The notes under the pieces were generated by a model, which did not search any database, was not told where the DNA came from, and saw only the letters and a program-made list of their open reading frames with translations. Made by a program: the position numbers and the translations under genes. Below, one piece after another: positions 1 to 8,837 of a stretch of 64,000 bases of DNA. The stretch spans positions 1 through 64,000 of IMG/VR virus record IMGVR_UViG_3300045256_000050, one strand, 5' to 3'. Each line of letters opens with the position of its first letter. Position 1 is the stretch's first letter.

Positions 1-1
1 C

Positions 2-157
2 CGAATGCTCCAAGAACGCACGGCGGCTATCCTCGGCCTCAAGACGCCTACAAGCGTCATGGTCAGCGAAACAATCGAGTCCTACGAAGATGCGGAGTTG
101 AAAGAGTTCGTGTGCGTGCCGTCCGATAAGGCCGAATACAGAGAGGATCAAAAGTGA
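2..157 (+). CDS. Partial hypothetical protein (3' end)
   Basis: Open frame from the window edge to TGA at 155-157. Confidence 0.5.
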   Translation, partial: RMLQERTAAILGLKTPTSVMVSETIESYEDAELKEFVCVPSDKAEYREDQK

Positions 158-164
158 GTACCCG

Positions 165-305
165 ATGCGCTCTAAACGCCCTCGCAAGTTTATTAACATG
201 CGGGGAGCGTTCACCATCGGGTTACTAACAAACACCCCGGCACTGTACATCCTGGCGGCAGTGGCGGCACTGTCCGCCTACCTTTCGATGCGAAAGCATC
301 TCTGA
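165..305 (+). CDS. Small membrane protein (46 aa)
   Basis: ATG at 165, hydrophobic C-terminal half, stop is the TGA of the repeat at 303. Confidence 0.55.
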   Translation: MRSKRPRKFINMRGAFTIGLLTNTPALYILAAVAALSAYLSMRKHL

Positions 306-321
306 CACCGACTGGAGAGCC

Positions 322-507
322 ATGAAGGACGCACAAACCATCCACGACATCACCCGGTACATCACCCGGACACACGACCTGAGCGACAGCGATAAGCTCG
401 CCGTCGCCCTGGAACTAATCGAGTCCATCCCCAGAGCCTTCGAGTTCGAGGACGGGCTGCGGAAGGCGGTGGAGCGGGAACGCCTGACACCGGCTGGACA
501 AGCGTAA
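322..507 (+). CDS. Hypothetical protein
   Basis: GGAG RBS; reads through the repeat and stops at its TAA (LTPAGQA*). Confidence 0.75.
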   Translation: MKDAQTIHDITRYITRTHDLSDSDKLAVALELIESIPRAFEFEDGLRKAVERERLTPAGQA

Positions 508-526
508 GAAGGGCACAAAGGAATCA

Positions 527-698
527 CACCACGGTCCTCGGGCACGACCCGTAGGATAGAACCTCAGCCATCAGGACGCACGCCAAGCGGCCTGTGAGGG
601 TTCGCATACCACCGCAAAGCCACCGGGCAATGCGGCCGTGCGTCCACAAGGGGCGACCGGGCGATTTAACCAAGAGGTATGGCAACCGTGCCGTGGTG
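527..698 (+). ncRNA. Candidate structured ncRNA
   Basis: Nested helices CACCACGG 527-534/CCGTGGTG 691-698 and GGACGCACG 574-582/CGTGCGTCC 637-645; crossing pair CATACC 605-610/GGTATG 676-681; no convincing ORF. Confidence 0.45.
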
Positions 699-705
699 CG
701 TTATC

Positions 706-775
706 ATCGCAGTGTCAGTATTCGGTAACGGCCCTCTGTCGGAGGGAGTAGCGGGTTCGATCCCCGCCTGCGATG
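706..775 (+). tRNA. tRNA-Asp(GTC), atypical D-arm, no encoded CCA
   Basis: Acceptor ATCGCAG/CTGCGAT, anticodon loop CTGTCGG, T-arm GCGGG-TTCGATC-CCCGC, discriminator G. Confidence 0.65.
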
Positions 776-935
776 CTCAGTGAATAAGGTTTCCTACGGA
801 CCCCGAAGGGGATTCACGCCCGTAGGTGTAAAGGTTACACGGTGAAAATCCGTGATGTGACGCTACCCCTGTTCACTGAATACACAACTGACACCCACTG
901 GAAGAACGTCACCCACAACCCCACGGAGAAACGGA

Positions 936-1211
936 ATGCTCACCCTCGTCGGTCGTCTGCTCGGTCTGTTCGTCCTGCTCCTCGGCCTCGGCCTGCTCGT
1001 CGGCGGCGTCTACCTCGGCATCTGGGAGATGCTGGTCGGTGGCATCATCGACATCATCAACCAAGTGAAAGCCCCGTCCACCGACGCCGGGACCGTGGCG
1101 TGGGCCATCGTCAAAATCATCTTCTTCGAGCTACCCATCGTCGTCGGGTTCTGGCTCGGCATCATCCTCATGACGTTCGGCGGCACCGCCCTGTTCCACA
1201 AGTCCCGCTAA
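936..1211 (+). CDS. Membrane protein (2-3 TM segments)
   Basis: GGAG RBS, long hydrophobic segments. Confidence 0.8.
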   Translation: MLTLVGRLLGLFVLLLGLGLLVGGVYLGIWEMLVGGIIDIINQVKAPSTDAGTVAWAIVKIIFFELPIVVGFWLGIILMTFGGTALFHKSR

Positions 1212-1220
1212 AACCCACAC

Positions 1221-1250
1221 CCACAACCCCGGCTAAAACCGGGGTTGTGG
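1221..1250 (+). terminator. GC-rich hairpin (terminator or processing signal)
   Basis: CCACAACCCCGG-ctaaaa-CCGGGGTTGTGG; no U-tract. Confidence 0.45.
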
Positions 1251-1306
1251 AACTCCTGACACCCACTGTAGCAGCGTAACAACCGCCTAACCAACGAGTC
1301 ACACAC

Positions 1307-1732
1307 ATGACCACGATTACCACGGCCGACTACGCTGCACTGAAGGCGAAAATCGACGCCTACCACAACTCCATGAGAACCCTGTTCCCCAACCAGAACG
1401 GGTTCACCCCCGAACAAATCAAGCAAATCGTCAAGCACGCCCGCATCGACCGGGAACCGACCAACGACGAACGGAGCAAGGTCGAAACCTACGAGTTCTG
1501 CCACAACCCGCCGGATCGGTACTTCCTCTACATCAACGAGAACGACAAGACGGCAACCACCTGGACCGGCGAAATCCTCGGCACCGTCTACCTCGGACAC
1601 GCCTACCGGGATAACTTCGGCGGCAAGCGGCGTAGCGTCACCGTCCGGGCCGTCAACGGCTACACCTACCACGGCACCTACTTCTGCTCCACCGGGAACT
1701 ACGCCCGGATCAAGCGGAGCAAAGCCGCCTGA
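1307..1732 (+). CDS. Hypothetical phage protein
   Basis: Lies between repeats; stop is the repeat TGA. Confidence 0.85.
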   Translation: MTTITTADYAALKAKIDAYHNSMRTLFPNQNGFTPEQIKQIVKHARIDREPTNDERSKVETYEFCHNPPDRYFLYINENDKTATTWTGEILGTVYLGHAYRDNFGGKRRSVTVRAVNGYTYHGTYFCSTGNYARIKRSKAA

Positions 1733-1776
1733 CACCGACCGGGGAAGCGTAACAACCGCCTAACCAAGAGAAACAC

Positions 1777-2022
1777 ATGAAGAAAGCTCCGAAGCTCACC
1801 CCGGAACAACTGGCGAAGGCCGTCGCCCAAACCTACGCCTACCTCGAAGGTGACACCGGCAAGGTACACGGCAGCTACGACGGCGGCGGCTGGATCACCG
1901 TCACCGGACACAACCTCCCCGCCCACCCCGATCTGAGGGACAAGTACCCGAACGGGTGGAGCATGATGGAACGCATCCGCACCAGTGAGGCACGTCAGCG
2001 GCTCATCGAAGCCTGCCGCTGA
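1777..2022 (+). CDS. Hypothetical protein
   Basis: Lies between repeats; stop is the repeat TGA. Confidence 0.8.
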   Translation: MKKAPKLTPEQLAKAVAQTYAYLEGDTGKVHGSYDGGGWITVTGHNLPAHPDLRDKYPNGWSMMERIRTSEARQRLIEACR

Positions 2023-2061
2023 CACCGGCTGCCGAAGCGTAACAACCCACACGAGACACAC

Positions 2062-2391
2062 ATGGACCCGATCAAGGCCCAACTGGAACAAGCCGGGTAC
2101 ACCAACGTCGTCGCCATTCGCAAAGGGCGATGGTACACGGCGACCAAGAACAACGACCCGTGTGCCATCCTCTACCAGCACGACAACGCATGGCACTGGT
2201 TCCACGCCGTTCACCAAGCAACCGCCAGCGGTAGCTCCGCAAGCCAAGCGGCCAACGGCGGGCTGGGGGACGCAATCAGCGACGACGACGACATGAAGCA
2301 GTACAAGCGGATGATCCGCCAAACCCCGCCCGGTATCCTCGATCTGGCCGGAGTGTTCGCCGCCTACTGCCAAGTCCAGAACGACAACTGA
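2062..2391 (+). CDS. Hypothetical protein
   Basis: Lies between repeats; stop is the repeat TGA. Confidence 0.8.
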   Translation: MDPIKAQLEQAGYTNVVAIRKGRWYTATKNNDPCAILYQHDNAWHWFHAVHQATASGSSASQAANGGLGDAISDDDDMKQYKRMIRQTPPGILDLAGVFAAYCQVQNDN

Positions 2392-2407
2392 CACCGACTG
2401 GAGGGGC

Positions 2408-2530
2408 ATGAAAGTCACACTGCTCGCCGCAATGCTCGGACCGCCAGCATTCCTCGCAATGCTGGCCTACCTGCAAAGCCTCCTGACACCGACTGCAACG
2501 GCACAACCCAACCCCAAAGGAACACGATGA
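2408..2530 (+). CDS. Small hydrophobic peptide (40 aa)
   Basis: GGAGG RBS, ATG at 2408, reads through the repeat, ATGA overlap with the next gene. Confidence 0.45.
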   Translation: MKVTLLAAMLGPPAFLAMLAYLQSLLTPTATAQPNPKGTR

Positions 2531-2808
2531 AGGCCACCAACGAAGGCACCGGGCACAACCGCACCATCCGCCTCACCGGACTGCCCGGCACCAACGGCAC
2601 CCTGACGGAACTGACAATCACCGTCAACTACACCAACACCCCCAACGACGGCAGTACGCTCGACAAGGCCGTCACCCTGGATAGCGTCGTCATCCCGGAA
2701 CTGCTCCGGGCCATCAACGCCACCGGGCAACTCGACACGTTCTTCTCCGGCCTCAAGCCCAACACCGGGGACGCCTTCAAGCCCGAAACCGACGCCCGGC
2801 CGGGCTAA
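2527..2808 (+). CDS. Hypothetical protein
   Basis: AAGGA RBS, protein-like composition. Confidence 0.8.
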   Translation: MKATNEGTGHNRTIRLTGLPGTNGTLTELTITVNYTNTPNDGSTLDKAVTLDSVVIPELLRAINATGQLDTFFSGLKPNTGDAFKPETDARPG

Positions 2809-2817
2809 AGTCAACCT

Positions 2818-2890
2818 GTCGCATTCGTCTAGCGGTCTAGGACACTGCCCTTTCAAGGCAGTAACACGGGTTCGAGTCCCGTATGCGACA
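2818..2890 (+). tRNA. tRNA-Glu(TTC), no encoded CCA
   Basis: Full cloverleaf: acceptor GTCGCAT/ATGCGAC, D-arm GTCTAGCGGTCTAGGAC, anticodon arm CTGCC-CTTTCAA-GGCAG, T-arm ACGGG-TTCGAGT-CCCGT. Confidence 0.93.
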
Positions 2891-2912
2891 CTAATAACAA
2901 CCGGAGCGAACC

Positions 2913-3110
2913 ATGAAGTGTGCCAGAACAGCGTGCCAAACCCCACTAGACGGCGAGCAACACATCGCCATCTGGAACGAACCGAGTACCGGCCAACCCC
3001 GGCTATACTGCGTGTTCTGCGGCATGAAAATCATCCGGGGCAACGAACACGATACCCTCAAGCTACAACACGAACTCCGGGAACCCCTGACACCGACTGA
3101 CGAAGCGTAA
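2913..3110 (+). CDS. Small Zn-finger-like protein
   Basis: CxxxxC and CxxC motifs; ends in the repeat (LTPTDEA*). Confidence 0.75.
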   Translation: MKCARTACQTPLDGEQHIAIWNEPSTGQPRLYCVFCGMKIIRGNEHDTLKLQHELREPLTPTDEA

Positions 3111-3136
3111 CCAACACCCCACCGAAGGACACGAAG

Positions 3137-3856
3137 ATGCTCACGTTCAGCAAGGCCAGTGAGTTCATCAGCAAGGGCCGCAAGAAGACGGAGCGGAAGC
3201 TGGCGGGTAGCACGGTCGCCCGCATCGTGGACGACAACACCATCGCCGTCAAGCTGTACGACACGGACATCGTTCTCATCCACCGGAACGGGAACTACAC
3301 CCTCAATACCGGCGGCTGGCGGACCGTCACCACGAAAGAACGGATCAACGAGTACACCCCCGCCCGCCTGTACCAAGAGAAAGGCAACTGGTACATCGGT
3401 GACACCGAGTTCACTGAGGGAATGGTGGTCGATTCCACCGGGAAGATCGTCAAGGGCGGCAACGTCCGGGCCGCTAAGAAGCGGACGAAACTCATGGCCG
3501 ACGTGAAGCGGTACATCAACGGGTTCGCCGCACAAGCCGTCAAGAACGGGGGACTGGAAAAGCCCGGCAGCGGGGATTGCCTCATCTGCCAAATCGGGTG
3601 CCAACACCCCCAACAGGACAACCCGGAAAGCCACGTCCTAGACCACATTCGGGAAAACTACTACGTCCCGAGTCTGCTGGTACTGGCTATCCGCCACCGC
3701 AACCCGAACGAGTCCGCCGTGCCTATCGTCTGGGGCATCTGCGACCGGGAAGTGAAGGAAGGCAATACCAAGTACCTGAAAACGGTACTCCGGGCATACT
3801 TCCGCAAGATCATGCCGAAGCTGACGCAAGCCGTGACACCGACTGTGGCAGCGTAA
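3137..3856 (+). CDS. Hypothetical phage protein
   Basis: AAGGA RBS; ends in the repeat (VTPTVAA*). Confidence 0.85.
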   Translation: MLTFSKASEFISKGRKKTERKLAGSTVARIVDDNTIAVKLYDTDIVLIHRNGNYTLNTGGWRTVTTKERINEYTPARLYQEKGNWYIGDTEFTEGMVVDSTGKIVKGGNVRAAKKRTKLMADVKRYINGFAAQAVKNGGLEKPGSGDCLICQIGCQHPQQDNPESHVLDHIRENYYVPSLLVLAIRHRNPNESAVPIVWGICDREVKEGNTKYLKTVLRAYFRKIMPKLTQAVTPTVAA

Positions 3857-3886
3857 CAACAACACACCCCAACAAAGGGTAACACG

Positions 3887-4381
3887 ATGGGCCGCACGAT
3901 GCAACGGATTCGGAACAAGCCGGGCAGCACACACCAAGCCCGGCGACACTTCCACAAGTGTTCCCGAATCGGGAACATCATCAAAGTGGAAGCCGTCCGG
4001 TACACCGCCATGTTCCTCAGTCAAGACAAAACCCACCGCTACCCGATTACTAACGAAGTCATCCGGGTAACGGGCACACACGGCACCGTCCGACTACACG
4101 GCCTCTGCTGGGGCTACGGCGGAACCGGACCGTCCGCCCTCCGGGACTTGCTACTCTTCCTCGGACTAAAGGAAGGGCACGCCCGGCTCGCAGCGTTCAA
4201 CACCCACCGACGGCAACACTCGCAAATCGGGGTAGACTGGACCCTGGAGTTCAACACGACCGACGGGCTAGGCCGACCGGGGTACGTCGTCCTGACACCG
4301 GCCGAAGGGGAGAAGCGGGGCTGGCAACGGTCAGAGGCTCTGGTCGAGCTACCCCCCGTCACCCTACTCGGCAGGGAGTAA
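3887..4381 (+). CDS. Hypothetical phage protein (WGYGGTGP motif)
   Basis: ORF follows a repeat and RBS. Confidence 0.75.
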   Translation: MGRTMQRIRNKPGSTHQARRHFHKCSRIGNIIKVEAVRYTAMFLSQDKTHRYPITNEVIRVTGTHGTVRLHGLCWGYGGTGPSALRDLLLFLGLKEGHARLAAFNTHRRQHSQIGVDWTLEFNTTDGLGRPGYVVLTPAEGEKRGWQRSEALVELPPVTLLGRE

Positions 4382-4382
4382 G

Positions 4383-4601
4383 ATGGACCCGACGTGCGGC
4401 ACACTCGCCCGGATGATCTTCAACATGGTGCGGGACGACTACGACCCCCGCCCCACCATCTACCGATGCGTCATGCTCATATCCCCCGAACACCGGCGGG
4501 ACGTGGCTAAGGCTATGGCCGACGACTTCCGACGCCATAGCCGGGAAGATAAGGAAATCGGTTCCCACGTCATCATCGGCTGGCTCGCCGGTATTAACTG
4601 A
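4383..4601 (+). CDS. Hypothetical protein
   Basis: GGGAG RBS, coupled to the upstream gene. Confidence 0.65.
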   Translation: MDPTCGTLARMIFNMVRDDYDPRPTIYRCVMLISPEHRRDVAKAMADDFRRHSREDKEIGSHVIIGWLAGIN

Positions 4602-4876
4602 GGATACGGCTAATAATCACCCGGTTATTAGCCGACCTGACACCGGCTGGTGAGGGGCAGGACAGTAAGCAGCAACCGCCCAAAACGACACGAATTGCCA
4701 CGATTGTAACTTGACAACCGTTCCGCCCTGGAAGGCCACTGGAAAATGTCAAGTTACAGACGGGATGCTGGCAAGCTGTCAGGAAGGGTAAGATGGGCGG
4801 TCTAAGGCCCGCCGACTGTCTCGTTGCCACGCACGCACACGCACGAGAGTTGATTAAGAAACATTACTCAACGTGC
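4602..4876. other. Candidate replication origin region
   Basis: Non-coding; inverted repeats CGGCTAATAA/TTATTAGCCG (about 4607-4634) and TGTAACTTGACA 4705-4716/TGTCAAGTTACA 4747-4758; C-rich to G-rich skew switch. Confidence 0.45.
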
Positions 4877-4926
4877 TGACACCGGCTGTCGTGGTGTTAA
4901 GAAACAACCAACCGGGGTAGAGTAAC

Positions 4927-5559
4927 ATGCGTCAAGCGAAGGTGAACCTGTACTCGGTGAACGAACTGACGGGCAAGGCGAAGGACAAGGCAATCGAAGC
5001 CGGTCGGGAGTGGCATAACGCCACGTTCGATTCGGCCGAGATGACGGAACAACTGAAGGAGTACGCCCACGAGAAGCACGGCGTCAAGGCCGACGACGTG
5101 AACTGGTCGATTTCCTTCAGTCAAGGCGACGGTGTGGCGTTCTACGGCACCATCGACCTAGACGAACTGGCGAAGAAGCACGAGAACGTCAAGAAGCTGG
5201 TGGACGCCGCCGCCGAGATCGACGTGACCCTGAGCGTCACCAGTGAGGGGCGGAACAACCGCTATCACCACTGGAACAGCATGAGTGTGACGGCCGAGCA
5301 TGACACCGGCTATCGGTACAGTGAGAGGTTCGCCGACGACGACGAGACGCCGCTGATGGAGAAGGCGGACAAGCTCGCCACGGAGCTACAGGAAGCGGTC
5401 GCCGAGATTCTGAAGGCGGCAAGCCGTGACACCCATAGCTGGGGCGAGAAGTGCGTCCTGGCCGACAGTGAGGATTCGGCCATCGTGGAACTGCTGGAAG
5501 AGAACGAGTGGGAGTTCGACGTGAACGGGAAGCCGTTCGGCCACCCGGAAGCGGAGTAG
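4927..5559 (+). CDS. Conserved-looking acidic phage protein
   Basis: N-terminal 'LYSVNELTGKAKDKAIE' and C-terminal 'NEWEFDVNG' patterns resemble a widespread phage/plasmid hypothetical family. Confidence 0.85.
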   Translation: MRQAKVNLYSVNELTGKAKDKAIEAGREWHNATFDSAEMTEQLKEYAHEKHGVKADDVNWSISFSQGDGVAFYGTIDLDELAKKHENVKKLVDAAAEIDVTLSVTSEGRNNRYHHWNSMSVTAEHDTGYRYSERFADDDETPLMEKADKLATELQEAVAEILKAASRDTHSWGEKCVLADSEDSAIVELLEENEWEFDVNGKPFGHPEAE

Positions 5560-5739
5560 TGTACAAACAACCATCCCCCGGAGCGGCAATCTCCGGGGGA
5601 TGGTGCGGCAAGTGGCAGAACAGGCAGTCAACGGGGAGTTGACAACTACACTTTAACCGCCAAACGCCCCGTGTCAACTTTTCCCGGAATCTGACACCGG
5701 ATGTCGGGGAGCAACGACAACCCAAGAGAGGGTCAGACG

Positions 5740-6111
5740 ATGTTCTGGGGCAGCATTCAAGAGCGGGAGCAGTGGGAGTACGAAGCGGGCATGGCGAACG
5801 AGTGGCAGAACGCCTTCGCCGTGTCGCAGATGGAACGCAAGCCCGACGACCGGGCGGCGGCTGAGGAACTGGTTTCTCTCGGCCGTTACGTCGTGGTGCG
5901 TGAGGGGGTGGTTTTCTGCCCCCGGACCGACGCCAGCATGGGCACCGCCGTCTACATGCTGGGGGACTTCGAGACGCACGACGAAGCCCTGGAGATGGCA
6001 CGGGAAGAGGGCCGGGACGACGACGGGGATTCGTGGGTGCGGGTGATGACGCCGACGCCGGTAATCCTCAACCCGCCGACCCCGCTAAACCCGTCGGATA
6101 TCCCGTTCTGA
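5740..6111 (+). CDS. Hypothetical protein with an SSB-like DIPF C-terminus
   Basis: CCCAAGAGAGGG RBS module, ATG at 5740; stop is the repeat TGA. Confidence 0.8.
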   Translation: MFWGSIQEREQWEYEAGMANEWQNAFAVSQMERKPDDRAAAEELVSLGRYVVVREGVVFCPRTDASMGTAVYMLGDFETHDEALEMAREEGRDDDGDSWVRVMTPTPVILNPPTPLNPSDIPF

Positions 6112-6167
6112 CACCGACTGCAAGAGGGCGGGGCAACTTGCCCCGCCTAACCAACTCAAGGTGACTG

Positions 6168-6668
6168 ATGCACGCTTCCAAGCTGGCCGAACTGACTGCC
6201 GAAGTGAACGCCGTGAATCTGGCGAACGGGTACGCCAACGAGTTGTTGCCGCCGCTGCTGGAGTTCTTCACCCCGCTGGTCGGGCAGAAGATCGTCAAGG
6301 CGGACGGCTCGCTCTTGGCGAAGCTGGAGAGCAAGCTGCCGAAGTTCCCGGCGGTGACGGGTCGGCCGGGGCAACACCCGCACGCCACGGTGATGACCTA
6401 CCGGCACCGCAGCGACTACTCGCTCGCCTGGACGGTCAAGGTGTGTTGGCCGATCCCGCCGCACACCTGCACCTACTACGAGCGGACGCTGTACGTCGGG
6501 GACATGAGCGGCGACGTGCTGAAGGAGATGACGAAGCACCGGGAGCCGTGGAAAACGGACTACACGGTCGAGGCCGCTGTCGCCGCAATCGAGAAGTACG
6601 AAGCGGCGAAGAAGGCGGCGGACGACGCCCGTTCGGCGTGCTGGCCGTTCGAGAAGTTCATCCGGTAA
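6168..6668 (+). CDS. Hypothetical protein
   Basis: AAGGTG RBS after a repeat. Confidence 0.8.
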   Translation: MHASKLAELTAEVNAVNLANGYANELLPPLLEFFTPLVGQKIVKADGSLLAKLESKLPKFPAVTGRPGQHPHATVMTYRHRSDYSLAWTVKVCWPIPPHTCTYYERTLYVGDMSGDVLKEMTKHREPWKTDYTVEAAVAAIEKYEAAKKAADDARSACWPFEKFIR

Positions 6669-6783
6669 GGTGGTGGGAATTTGAGGCGGGGACTTAAACC
6701 CGCCTCTTTCCCAACGCAACATAACAAACATTATCGGACGTTGACACCGGCTGGAGCGGCGTAACCTTCACTGAGGACACGAG

Positions 6784-6972
6784 ATGAGCCTGCCAGTACG
6801 GGACGACGTGAAGACGGTTCAGTACCACCGTAACCCGACGCCGAGCGAAGTGCGGTTCGGCCACGGGGCCATTCACTACCGGGACTTCCCCAAAGAGGAA
6901 GTCATGAAGCCGGACGGCACGCTGAAAAAGTGGTTCGTGGCGAAGGACGACGGGCTGAGGTACTACCGCTGA
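6784..6972 (+). CDS. Hypothetical protein
   Basis: CACTGAGG RBS module; stop is the repeat TGA. Confidence 0.8.
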   Translation: MSLPVRDDVKTVQYHRNPTPSEVRFGHGAIHYRDFPKEEVMKPDGTLKKWFVAKDDGLRYYR

Positions 6973-7016
6973 CACCGGCTGTCGAGACGTAACCAACACC
7001 CAATAAAGGGACTGAC

Positions 7017-7325
7017 ATGAGCGTCCGCTACCGTCGCATCTCGAAGGCTGAGGCCCGCAAGCTGTTCAATCAGGGGAACCACCCGATCTTCCTCTGTCCG
7101 TGCAAGTTCCGCCCGGAGGGGCCGTTCAGCATGGCTGCGATGGTAGCGGGGCGTGAGTACCTGGAGAAAGCGAAGGGGTACGAGAAGCACAAGGATAGCC
7201 CGGTGTGGGCCGGGACTGTCGAGGCGACGGCGTGGAACCTGATGTACGACAACTGGAAGTTCTACAACGCCACCTACGAAACCGGCTACTACGCCCACTA
7301 CTACGTCCAAGAGGACGTTGGCTGA
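7017..7325 (+). CDS. Hypothetical protein
   Basis: Lies between repeats; stop is the repeat TGA. Confidence 0.8.
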   Translation: MSVRYRRISKAEARKLFNQGNHPIFLCPCKFRPEGPFSMAAMVAGREYLEKAKGYEKHKDSPVWAGTVEATAWNLMYDNWKFYNATYETGYYAHYYVQEDVG

Positions 7326-7371
7326 CACCGGCTGCAAGAGAGCGAACGACACACCCAACCTGGAGAGAGTG

Positions 7372-7650
7372 ATGGCGAAGGCGATCAAGGCGAGCGACAA
7401 GCCCCTGGTGCTGACGGCGGTGCGGGGCTACCGCAAGGAGTTGTTCCACAAGGCCCGCAGCGGGGTGTACACCTTCCGGGTGTACGGCAGCGGCAAGGAG
7501 TGGTTCATCGCCATCGACACGGGGTCGAAGGTGGTGCGGCTGACGAGCGGCAAGGTGTTCGGCAAGAAGTCCACGGCCATCGGGTTCGTGTTCGCCCGGT
7601 ACGGCCAGAAGGCCACCGAGTTCCGGGCGGCGGCGAAGCTGGCGGCGTGA
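7372..7650 (+). CDS. Basic hypothetical protein
   Basis: GGAG RBS, start moved to ATG 7372; followed by a GC hairpin at about 7657-7705. Confidence 0.75.
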   Translation: MAKAIKASDKPLVLTAVRGYRKELFHKARSGVYTFRVYGSGKEWFIAIDTGSKVVRLTSGKVFGKKSTAIGFVFARYGQKATEFRAAAKLAA

Positions 7651-7761
7651 TACAAGCCCGGCCCGCTACCCGGAGAAACATCGAGAGTCACGGTAGCGGG
7701 CCGGGTGAGTGACACCGGCTGAAGGGGTGTGAGTGAGACACACCCCTTCACTGAGGCCAGC

Positions 7762-8160
7762 ATGTTCCGCAAGTTCCAGACGCTAGTGCCGGACGGCAAG
7801 TATCTCAAGCACGTTTACGACGTGCCGAAGGAGGCCGGGTTCTACGTCCTGAAGTACAAGGAAGGGCACGAAGAACGGGTCTACCTGGACACGCCGAAGC
7901 ATCACCACAGCGAAGTCTACAGCTACCCGGCGACGTACTTCAACTACCGAGACAAGCCGGACTGCGGGATGGACATGGGCCAGTATGTGTGGGTGAACAG
8001 CTACACCACGCACGGCCCGGTCGAGTGGCGTCGGATGGAACCGAAGGAGGCGTTAGAGTTCTCCTGTGCCCTGTTCCGGTTCGGTCGTCCGTCGTGGGCA
8101 CATCCGCACGGCCGCAAACCGCTGACTCTGGCAGACGTGACACCGGCTGAAGTGGCGTAA
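7762..8160 (+). CDS. Hypothetical protein
   Basis: CACTGAGG RBS; ends in the repeat (VTPAEVA*). Confidence 0.8.
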   Translation: MFRKFQTLVPDGKYLKHVYDVPKEAGFYVLKYKEGHEERVYLDTPKHHHSEVYSYPATYFNYRDKPDCGMDMGQYVWVNSYTTHGPVEWRRMEPKEALEFSCALFRFGRPSWAHPHGRKPLTLADVTPAEVA

Positions 8161-8189
8161 CGAACACCAACCCAAGAGAGGGGACGACG

Positions 8190-8591
8190 ATGAGCCGGAG
8201 CTACAACGCTTTCAACCACAAGGCTTGGGCTGAGGCGGGGCTGAAGGACTACGGGGACTTCGCCGACATGGTGGAGTTCGTGAACCAGACGGAGTACGGC
8301 GACGGGCAGTTGGAAGGCGAGTGGTACTACTGCGACGACGAAACCCGGACGATCTACACCGGGACGTTCGGCAACTACAACTCGCCGGGGGCGGACAGCT
8401 ACACCAACGCCGACGTGTACGACGAGGACGAGATCGACGAGTACAACGCCGAAAAGGCGAAGCTCGAAGCTCAGGACGAGTACAGCGACGAGCAGCACGA
8501 AATCTGGGACGCCGAAGACGAAGAGGGTGAGGACGGCGACGAGGACGGTGACACCGGCAGTGAGTGGGCAGAGAGGCCGATGGGACCGTAA
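8190..8591 (+). CDS. Highly acidic protein (possible DNA mimic)
   Basis: Very D/E-rich with aromatic residues. Confidence 0.8.
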   Translation: MSRSYNAFNHKAWAEAGLKDYGDFADMVEFVNQTEYGDGQLEGEWYYCDDETRTIYTGTFGNYNSPGADSYTNADVYDEDEIDEYNAEKAKLEAQDEYSDEQHEIWDAEDEEGEDGDEDGDTGSEWAERPMGP

Positions 8592-8606
8592 CCAAGAGGG
8601 GCTACG

Positions 8607-8813
8607 ATGCGGGTGTTAGCGAAGACGTTCGGCTGGTTGCTCGTGAGCGGTGCGATCATCTTCACGAGCAACCTGTACAGCGGAGTGGAGTGGAGAACCG
8701 CCCTTTACGGGGCGGCGGTGGCGAAGATCGGGACGACCATCGCCTACTTCCTGTACGAAGTCGCCTTCGAGAAGGGTTGGAAGAAGAAGGTGACACCGAC
8801 TGTCGAGACGTAA
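8607..8813 (+). CDS. Small membrane protein (DUF2061-like)
   Basis: R-x-L-A-K-T-x-x-W start, two hydrophobic segments, Y-F-L-Y-E end. Confidence 0.7.
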   Translation: MRVLAKTFGWLLVSGAIIFTSNLYSGVEWRTALYGAAVAKIGTTIAYFLYEVAFEKGWKKKVTPTVET

Positions 8814-8837
8814 CGACAACCCAAGAGAGGGAAGACG

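Noticed and set aside
1851-5312. Partial motif matches inside genes (1851, 3400, 5301)
   Set aside because: They lack the CTG and the right arm, and are compatible with ordinary Asp-Thr codons.
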